NCBI GenBank assembly: GCA_964106645.2
Contig: OZ067039.1
DNA length: 64,000 nt
Origin: Podarcis pityusensis
Lineage: Eukaryota
Reading direction: 5' to 3' (one strand)
The translations under genes and the position numbers were made by a program. Under the pieces are notes generated by a model, which was given only the letters and a program-made list of their open reading frames with translations, did not search any database and had not been told where the DNA came from. This document shows positions 55,050 to 64,000 of the stretch, one piece after another; within the stretch, counting starts at the first letter, position 1, and each line of letters starts with the position of its first letter.

Positions 55050-56250
55050 CTAGAGCCTTATCAGCTGGAACAAAAGCTGCGGGAGGTACCTGGCCAAGGT
55101 TGCCAGAGGCAGGAAGAGAAAGGAAAAGTCAGGGCGGCCACAGGGTTGGCCAGGAGCTGGAAGTCACAGGCCAAACGCCGAAGCTCAAGAGACTGGAGCC
55201 CGGAGCGCTTAAATGGAGGCCTGAGATGCGGCAACAGGATGCCCGCTTCTTACGAAGCACAGGGCTGGCACGAAAGGGAGCTGGTGCCGGCGGTGCAGAA
55301 CCGGAGGCAGGCCTTCATCTGAGGCCGGGGCCTACCGAGAAGTGAGGAGGGCGGCGGCGGCAGCGGCGGGCCGTGAGGTGAGTCACGAGGCCAGCAGCAG
55401 CAGCCGGAACCCTTCGGCGTTAACGGTCCAGGGCAAGGGAGGGCAGGTTCCGGGCGGGGCGCCGAGGCGTCACAGGGCGGCGCTGGCCGACAGCGTGGCG
55501 GGCGGCGGTGGCGCCACCAACAGAGGAGCGACAAACGGCCGCCTCCTCCCCTGCCTGAGCGGTGGCAGGGAAAGGAGGGCAGCGAGTCCTCGGGGGAGGG
55601 GGTGAGGAGGGAGGCCGCCTGCCCGCCGCTCCCTGATGGATGAATGACACGGCTTCAAGCCAGTGACAGTCGGCCATGGCTCCCCTTCCGACTAATAGAA
55701 GGCCGGCAGGGGCGGAATCTGCCCCGTTGTCGCTTCGCAACCAATCCGGCACGAGCTCGCGACGAAGGAGTGAAGCAGTTGTGCGCCCGGTGGGGGGGGG
55801 GGGAGAGAGATAGGACCGGGGTGGGGGCTCACCCGGCTTCGGCGGTACCTCAGCCCCGTTCGCGCACTTCAAAGAGTCCACCCACCCTCACACACAACAC
55901 ACGCTCTCTCTCACACACACACTTGCTCCTCTAGACCCACCCTTGTTCCTCCTCGCGCTCCTCAACCGTCCAGCGGCGCTCTCCTCCTACCACTGCCGAC
56001 GCCGCTGCTGCCACCGCATCGCCTCAGTCGCTGACACAGCTCCGAACCCTGCCTCATCCGGGCAACCCACCGCCTTGGCTACGTCACAGCAGAAGGCGAG
56101 GTCCGCCACGAGACAAGCACAACCCCGCTCGGGGGCGGAGCCAGCCAGCTTGAACGGCAGGCCGCGGGAGAGGGGGCGGGGCCGTGTAGATATGGTCACG
56201 CCCTTCTCGAGCGCGCGCCGTGCCTATTCTGAGACTCGCGCGTGATACTA
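55050..56250. promoter_or_regulatory. CpG island / NDEL1 promoter with non-coding first exon(s)
   Basis: Abrupt GC- and CpG-rich segment. GC boxes at ~55709, ~56131, ~56172; CCAAT at 55741. Minus-strand donors CGG|GTGAGC (55833), GAG|GTACCG (55849), TCG|GTAGGC (55336). Confidence 0.85.
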
Positions 56251-57902
56251 AAAGCAAAATTAAAACTTTAATGTTCCTGTAGTGGTTTTGCTGAATTTAT
56301 TGCGACAAAGCAACCCACTGGCGATCACACATGTAGCGCAATCCAAATATGTACCTGCCAATGATACTTATCACCCAGGTAAGTGTGTGCAGGATTGCAA
56401 CCTAGTTGTGTGTTCCAAATATTCAGTGTGATCAATCTCTTCCTACCTGCATGGTTTCCAAGACCAATCAGAACGGATTTTGTTCCATTTCTTCCCTATA
56501 ACTATCCAGCAATGTAAAAAGAAAAAGAAAAAAATGTCTTACATTGTTAATACTGTATAATAAATAGTGGGTTGTTGGGTGTGTTCTATTCCCCCCCCCT
56601 TTTTTTTTCTTTTGCTCAAGTGATGCTTAGCTCCTTTCACTGGTGGATAGGATGCATATAGCAGGACCCAAGAAATAATACCTATCACTAGTACAGTACT
56701 TAGAAGAGCTACACAGGATGCCTGTTTGATTCCAGGTGTGATGCAAAGTGTGATTCTGACTTACAAAGCCTTGGGGTGGTATCTAACTAAGCTTTACTCA
56801 GAGTAGGCCCATTTAAATTAATGAACATGGCTAAGATTAGACCACTGATTTCAGTAGGTCTGTTCTGAGGGAAAAGGTTAGTTGAATCCCACCCATAAAC
56901 TGCAATATTATGTACATTTACATGGGAAAAACACAGTGGGACATATTTTATTAGAGAACATGCATAGATGTATGCTACTAAAGAGCCTGAGACTTCCTAC
57001 TTCTTGATGAAGAAACTGGTTTCTTAAAGATGAAGCGCTTCTACCAGTGCCCCTTTCTACACAAAAGAGGTATTTTCTGAACAGAACAGCGTTAGTGTTT
57101 CAGGAAGATGATGTAGTAGTTCATGCTAAGCTGTGTGAGACATTCTATCTTGTTCACAGGAAGTTAAAACAGGAAGGAGAACAGGAAGGAGACTTAGCTG
57201 AGATCTGTTTCCTAGATATGCCTGCCAGTATTGAGATCTTCCTGAGATAGTTTCAGAAACAGAAATAGCAAACATTGTGTGCTAAATTTGAAGAAGAGAC
57301 TGGCAGAAAGTGGCCAGACCTATCGCTAGTGTTTTTAATTTTCTTTCTTAGTTTCCTTAACTCTGTTCTGAGATGTCCACCTCTTGTTTTTCTCTCCATT
57401 CTCAGCCACTGCTTGAATTACAGAAAGGCCAGAGGGAGCAAAACTCCCTTAATTTTTCACTGATCCCCTTGGCTCCTGTTTTTAAAATCACATCACTACT
57501 GGTGATGTGATTTGATTGAATTAGGCATGGAAGATCAATGGCTTGCTTGTGGATTTCATTGAGGGTCCCTGAACCACCCTGCTCCCCTAATTTGAACATC
57601 ATTCCCAGCATTGACAGGATCCATCTTTTGCTCAATATCCATTTTTTTATTGCCCAAATTGATCCGGTACATGTTTGACAATTCCAACTTTTTCCTCTTT
57701 GGCTTTCCTGTACTGGATCTTGATTCTGCCCCTGCTCAAACTCTACTGCTATGGCTCTCCATTGTTCTTAGGTAATGCATTCAGCAGACATCCTTACTTA
57801 AGCCACTCCCAGTGCACCAATATGTCTAAAACACCAGACAGGCAAATGCTGCTTTAGTGCCTGTTAATTTCTGATGATTTGAAGTAGCATTATATGATGG
57901 AA

Positions 57903-58150
57903 GGAACATAAGAAGAGCCCTTCTGGATCTGATCAAGGACCCATCTAGTCCAGAAATCTATTCACACAGTGGCCAACTAAGTGCCTTTTGGAAGCCTGTA
58001 CGCAGACCCAGAGTGCAACAGCACTCACCCTCTCATGACCACAAGCAACTGCTATTCAGAGGAATGCCTCTAGTGCTGGAGGTGGTACGTAGCCGTCATC
58101 ACTAGTAGCTGTTGATAGCCTTGTCCTCCCATTAATTATCTAATCCCCAT
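57903..58150. mobile_element. Squamate SINE-like repeat
   Basis: gaacataagaagagcc...ggatc...cccatctagtccag motif, common in squamate interspersed repeats; family not assigned. Confidence 0.5.
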
Positions 58151-58153
58151 TTA

Positions 58154-58497
58154 ATAATAATAATTTATTATTTATACCCTGCCCATCTGGCTGAGTTTCC
58201 CCAGCCGCTCTGGGCGGCTTCCAATCGAGTGTTAAAAACAGTACAGCATTAAATATTAAAAACTTCCCTAAACAGGGCTGTCTTCAAATGTCTTTTAAAG
58301 ATAAGATAGCTGCTTATTTCCTTCCCATCTGAAGGGAGGGCGTTCCACAGGGCAGGCGCCACTACCGAGAAGGCCCTCAGTCTGGTTCCCTGTAACCTCA
58401 CTTCTTGCAATAAGGGAACTGCTCCTTCAGGTATACAGGACCGAGGCCGTTTAGGACTTTAAAGGTCAGCACCAACGCTTTGAATTGTGCTCGGAAA
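58154..58497 (-). mobile_element. L2 LINE 3' fragment, inverted, internally deleted
   Basis: Reverse complement matches the 3' part of 62019-63042. Confidence 0.85.
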
Positions 58498-59103
58498 CTT
58501 TGTGGTGGAGAGAGGGTGTGGTGTGGTGTGTATGTGTGTGGTGTGGTGTGTGTAATATATATCATATCCCCACTTCCCATTTTTCTAAACTAAAAAGTCT
58601 AATATGTGGTAATTTTTCCTTCGTCTCTGAGCTGCTTCAGCTTCTTGATCATTCTGGTTGCTCTTCTTTGAAGTCCTTCCAGCTCTGCGATATCCTTTTT
58701 GAAAATATTCTAGGAGGCAGAACTATATAACTGCTTAACTGTGGCTGCATTGTGCCTAGTGCTTAACAGCACTGGACTCAGGACAGACCTTTAAAGAAGA
58801 CCACTTACTGCTTCCCAATCCATTAACTCCTGTCCTGTGATGGCCACTATTACTGATAAGACCAAGACCAAAGTATAGTGTCTGGTTCAGACTGAATAAA
58901 TGAAAGTAACTGGAGCACCTGCTATTTAGACTGCAGTCCCCCTAAAGGGACGAACCAGAGCCTTTCCTGCAAGACTGAGAAGAATGAAGTAGGAACTACA
59001 GGTGCCTTGCTTTCATGTAAAAACTATCCCTAATAGCTGCTTCCCCTTATGTGGTACTGGAAGTGACTTGGATGGTTTCCTTGCTTGCTATGGACTTCGT
59101 ATA

Positions 59104-59336
59104 CAGTGGTACCTCGGGTTAAGATCTTAATTCATTCTGGAGGTCCATTCTTAACCTGAAACTGTTCTTAACCTGCGGTACCACTTTAGCCAATGTGGCC
59201 TCCCGCTGCCGCCGCCGCGCAATTTCTGTTCTCATCCTGAAGCAAAGTTCTTAACCAGAGATATTATTTCTGGGTTAGTGGAGTCTGTAACCTGAAGCGT
59301 CGTAACCTGAAACATCTGTAACCCGAGGTACTACTG
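59104..59336. mobile_element. Tigger-like MITE, copy 3
   Basis: Same TIRs and internal sequence as copy 1; TA flanks. Confidence 0.9.
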
Positions 59337-59498
59337 TATGTTGTCCAAGGTTGGTCTCAGTGGAGGACTCTGGGCTCTCAAATTTCAGCAGGGCACTGGG
59401 TGATGCTGATATTTGGCTCCACTCACACCCCAGCATTGTTGTGGCACCCCCTGCAGCCCAGGGCCCCGTGCGACCACACCTGTCTCACCACCATAAAA

Positions 59499-59841
59499 CC
59501 ATCTGAAGGAGCGTCTCCACCCCCATCGTTAAGCCCAGACACTGAGATCCAGCGCTGAAGGCCTTCTGGTGGTTCCCTCATTGTGAGAAGTGAGGTTACG
59601 GGGAACCAGACTGAGGGCCTTCTCGGTAGTGGCGCCCACCCTGTGGAACACCCTCCCTTCAGATGTGAAGGAAATAAGCAGCTATCCTATCTTTAAAAGA
59701 CATCTGAAGGCAGCCCTGTTTAGGGAAGTTTTTAATATTTAATACTGTACTGTTTTCAACACTTGATTGGGAGCCGCCCAGAGTGGCTGGGGAAACTCAG
59801 CCAGATGGGCGGGGTATAAATAATAAATTATTATTATTATT

Positions 59842-59874
<33 letters not shown>

Positions 59875-59875
59875 A
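59499..59875 (+). mobile_element. L2 LINE 3' fragment
   Basis: Near-identical to 62690-63042; (ATT)/(GTT) tail. Confidence 0.85.
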
Positions 59876-60140
59876 TCATCATCATCTCTCCTGGCCCTAC
59901 CATTAGGCCAAGTGAGACAGTCACCTCAAGCAGATGCTCAGCGGCAGGTGGCCCCTGGCTGTTTCTCCTGAACCTCTGGCTGCACCCTTCAGTTGGAAGG
60001 CAGAGCTTTGTATTCTATGTGGCCTGCCCTACACCCCCATAAGTTGCAGGATGATCTCTTGTTCCTGAAACTGAAGTAAGATTCAACTATCAGTCCAGTC
60101 AACTTCTGCATATGGAAAGGAGGGAGCAGTGTATCTCTAT

Positions 60141-60493
60141 CAGAGGCGCCAACTTCGAGAGAGAATGAGGGCCCCGGTGTCACGTGTGTGATTTCACATG
60201 TGACATCAGAACACTGGGAGGAGCCAGGGGCGGAGCTGAATGCAGTGGCAATGTGGCTTCAATGGCTGGTGGATTCTCCTCTTCCTGCCACCACCACTGG
60301 CCAGGGGCTGCTTCCCTCTTCCTTCCCCTCCATTTGGGGGGGGGGAGGAGGAGAAGAAGAAGATGGCCACTGAAGACACACTGCACTAGGCTCCATCCTT
60401 GGCCTCCTCCTCTCCCTTTGAACATTGGGGGGCCATCCCCCTCCCCAAAAATAAGTGGGGGAAGGGTTTGGCCCGTAGGAGATGGCGCCCCTG
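60141..60493. mobile_element. hAT-like MITE
   Basis: CAGAGGCGCCAAC ... GATGGCGCCCCTG inverted ends; 8-bp target duplication ATCTCTAT/ATCTCTAC. Confidence 0.75.
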
Positions 60494-61897
60494 ATCTCTA
60501 CCATTGGCCTCAGGCATCAAAATGTCTTGGGCCAGTATTCCATAACAAGCCATCTGGATTCTTGAAGCTCAATGATCTGAAAATGCTGCTGTCAAAAGTC
60601 CAGGGAGATGTTTGTGATGGCTGTAGCGACATCCCTGCATTCTGCTTACAACATTTCTGCCCTTAACTGCCTCCCCGCCAGAGCTGAGATAGTCTGAATG
60701 CCATCTCACACCGGGAGAGCATGGCTGCAGATGGAACTATCTCTGAAGGATGGAGAGGTGCAATGGGCCTCTCCTCTGAGACTCTGTTCTCTTCACTTCC
60801 CCTGCTTTCTCCTCCTTAGTTGCTGCACTTGACACATGGCAACATCCCTTGCACATTTGCCTTTGTCCGATACTGACGGGGCTTTCATAGAATTAACAAA
60901 GAGACAGTGTTGGGGCCCCTGTTTCCAAACTTGCATTTAGAGGGGGCTGCCTGTCTGGTTAACACTGATTTAAAGTCGATGTTTGTTTTCAGGGTGTGTG
61001 CGGGGTTTTTTTTTTAACTTCTTTTGCTTGCACCCTGTTGTAATCTGCAGTTGTTCCCATGCATTCTCCACGGGCTCCGAGTCCCGAGGCTCACAAAGGC
61101 ACAGTCACTTAGCATTAATTCTCTCCTACTCCGAACAGCCACTGCTCCTCTTTAGCCGTGGTGGGGCTGTGCTTCCCAGGCAGAACCAAGTCATCTATTG
61201 AAAAGCAGACCAAAGAAAAGAGACATAATGGATTCTATTGAAGTGGGCTCCATCTCATGGGGTGGGGTGATGAGAGCACAGAGGGGCCTGAGAGCAGAGA
61301 CTAAGGAGTGTCTCATGAAATCTGGGGTCAGGACTCTTGACAAGGCATGCTCTCTCTCTCTCTCTCTCTTATAGGAGTACACACAGGGTGGGCGTTATAG
61401 ATTGAGTGTGGGAATGCAGAGACAGATGTCTTTCAGAGCCTGTGAATGCTTCAGTGAGCACAGTCTATCGAACTATACCTGCCCAGGTGTGGTACAGTAC
61501 CTGTTTTACATTCATTGCCCCAACTCCACATGTATATCAGTTTTATCTGCAGCTACAGGATCTTGCAGCTTCGCTACGACGGACTGAAATTGTTGGCATT
61601 TGGGGACTATCTTTGGCATTAAACCCTGTGCCTATTTTTGAGCAGTCATTGTTTAGATGATAATGCAAAAAGAAAAAGAAGAAGAAGGTTGGGCAAGCCT
61701 GGAGAACTCATGCAAGCAATTTGTACCTACTTGCCCTTCTCACCATCACATAAACCTCCCCCCCCCCCATTTATTTTCTTGTTCATTCTCATCAGGTTCG
61801 TCTTTAGCATATGCACCGCCAGGGTGCAAAGATCTGCCTAGCGCTCCCAAATTTAGTTAATTTTGCGTGCAGGGCACCATTGAGAATGATAAGCGCT

Positions 61898-61945
61898 GCC
61901 GTTGTGAATGACAAACGCCGCCGTTGTGAATGACAAACGCCGTTG
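61898..61945. repeat. Tandem duplication, 2 x 22 bp
   Basis: gccgttgtgaatgacaaacgcc repeated. Confidence 0.85.
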
Positions 61946-62018
61946 CTGTCACGGTGCATCTTTGGTAAATGAGCGCACAAAGTCGAAAGTCCTTTAGTGA
62001 AACAGTAGGTATACATTT

Positions 62019-63006
62019 CGGGTGCCTCAGGGTTCCGTCCTCTCCCCCATGCTTTTTAACATCTACATGAAGCTGCTGGGAGAGATCATCAGGGCTGGGT
62101 ATCCATCAATATGCTGATGATACCCAGCTCTACCTCTCTTTTAAATTGGAACCAGTGAAAGCAGTGAAGGTCCTGTGTGAGTGCCTGGAGGCAGTTGGAG
62201 GATGGAGGGTGGCTAATGGATTGAGGTTGAATCCTGACAAGACAGAAATACTGTTTTTGGAGGGCAGGGGGTGGACTGGTGTGGAGGACTCCCTGGTCCT
62301 GAATGGGGTAACTGTGCCCCTGAAGGACCAGGTGCGCAACCTGGGAGTCATTTTGGACTCACAGCTGTCCATGGAGATGCAGGTCAATTCTGTATCCAGG
62401 GCCAGCTCCATCTGGTATGGAGGCTGAGACCCTACCTGCCTGTGGACTGTCTTGCCAGAGTGGTGCATGCTTGGACTACTGCAATGCACTCTACATGGGG
62501 CTACCTTTGAAGGTGACCTGGAAACTACAATTAATCCAGAATGCGGCAGCTAGACTGGTGACTGGGAGCGGCTGCCAAGACAATATAATACCGGTCCTGA
62601 AAGACCTACATTAGCTCCCAGTACGTTTCCAAGCACAATTCAAAGTGTTGGTGCAGACCTTTAAAGCCCTAAACAGCCTTGGTCCAGTATACCTGAAGGA
62701 GCGTCTCCACCTCCATCGTTCTGCCCAGACACTGAGGTCCAGCACCAAGGGCCTTCTGGCGGTTCCCTCACTGCGAGAAGCATAGCTACAGGGAACCAGG
62801 CAGAGGGCCTTCTCGATAGTGGCACCCACCCTGTGGAATGCCCTCCCATCAGATGTCAAAGAGATAAACAACTACCTGACATTTAGAAGACATCTGAAGG
62901 CAGCCCTGTTTAGGGAAGTTTTTAATGTGTGACATTTTAATCTTTGTTGGAAGCTGCCCAGAGTGGCTGGGGAGACCCAGCCAGATGGGTGGGGTACAAA
63001 TAATAA

Positions 63007-63042
<36 letters not shown>
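62019..63042 (+). mobile_element. 5'-truncated L2/CR1-group LINE, RT remnant + 3' end
   Basis: Frameshifted RT motifs VPQGSVLSPMLFNIYMK, QYADDTQLY, LRLNPDKTE, LDYCNALYMGLP; (ATT)n tail. Confidence 0.9.
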
Positions 63043-63043
<1 letters not shown>

Positions 63044-64000
63044 CTAGGCATATATGTATTTTGTTTTTCTAGCTTGATCAAAATTATTTATTATTTCATA
63101 ACAGGTAGATAGTTAAGAGCTTAGGTGGCTTCAGCGGTGGGTGCCTGGCACCCCCCAGAATTCGGCACCCGGGTGCCCCGCACCCCTTGCACCCCCGGGT
63201 AAAGACGGCCCTGATTCTCATAATTCTTCATGTGTTTGCATGGTAGGGCTTGCTAGCAATAGGCAAATCATATCTATGAAAATAGCTATTAAGGGTAGAA
63301 TCTGTGGGCTTGCTTGTCTGCACTGTTCCCCCTCCCCACACAAATACCCCTACCAGGTTCAGATGTTCTTTTGTATGGTTTCCAAGTCATGTAATCATAA
63401 ATAGCACGTGGGAGGAATTGTGAGGAATGATACACCTTACTCAAAACATCTCCCCCCCCCCCCCCGTTTCTCCTTTGTGTACTTCCAGTCGCTCAGGAAG
63501 GCACCTACATGTTTATGAAGACATATGCTTGTCTGTCTTGATAGCAGAGCCACATCTGACAATATGGTGATTGCTAGTGCTTCTGTAACGTCCTTCCAAA
63601 GAAATCTCTTCTGTGCTCCATTGATCAGGAGGAAATGGAAATATTCCAGAATGTTTACATCTGTTCAACATAAGAGTGTATAGAACCATTGCTGTGCACC
63701 TTAATTTGGTGACTGTACATACTCATTTCAGAGTTGCACAGCAGCATGAAGTGAGTAGTAGGGTCACACGTAGATATTTGATTGTGGTTGTGAGAATGCT
63801 GATATTGCAAGAATATGCGCTGGCTGTGCAAGGAACACATGGAGACAGTGACACTTTCACACACACACACACACACACATACACATCAGAATCAGAAATG
63901 AACAACAGTGAGGCTTGGGCTCCTGTGCATCCTCTGCCACTTCTGCTGTGCACAAGGGGAAGAGATTTACAACTTTCCACTTCTAGTTTGTAACAAATCA

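Larger units (their letters stand above)
24695..56030 (-). other. NDEL1: NDEL1 gene (nudE neurodevelopment protein 1-like 1), complete
   Basis: Eight coding exons (86, 154, 149, 137, 174, 92, 152, 91 bp) splice to 344 aa ending in [11 protein letters not shown]. NudE coiled coil, Ser/Thr-Pro sites and the ACRNF Cys are all present. Confidence 0.96.

Noticed and set aside
55420-55881. 153-aa ORF and other ORFs in the CpG island
   Set aside because: Stop-poor GC-rich sequence giving low-complexity Pro/Arg/Ala products with no recognisable domain.
60184-60666. 160-aa ORF
   Set aside because: Lies largely within a hAT-like MITE; low complexity, no transposase motifs.
56250-64000. RNF222 or another neighbouring gene expected from human synteny
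   Set aside because: No RING-finger or other recognisable coding sequence is visible; a non-coding first exon cannot be excluded.

Overview
Vertebrate (squamate, probably lacertid lizard; inferred from Sauria-SINE, L2 and MITE content) genomic DNA carrying two convergent genes. + strand: the last 22 coding exons (217-22182; about 1,172 codons, IQ region to tailpiece) and 3'UTR (AATAAA 23519) of non-muscle myosin heavy chain IIB, MYH10. - strand: the complete NDEL1 gene (CpG-island promoter ~55-56.2 kb, coding exons 44888-25838, 344 aa PLSV isoform, AATAAA 24713). Every exon was located by GT-AG boundaries and checked for continuous reading phase. Introns and the distal 7 kb contain TA-flanked Tc1/mariner-type MITEs, hAT-like MITEs, SINEs, L2 LINE fragments and microsatellites. 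There is no prokaryotic system, CRISPR array or RNA gene. The best candidate for something undescribed is the 10.3-kb last intron of NDEL1. It holds a cluster of short splice-competent segments: a 25-nt FMG-type exon, a candidate alternative last exon with its own polyA signal, a 9-nt microexon, and 64-, 86-, 94- and 133-nt candidates, plus several RBFOX motifs. Together these could act as a combinatorial C-terminal switch. These exons are predictions from sequence only and need RNA-seq confirmation.
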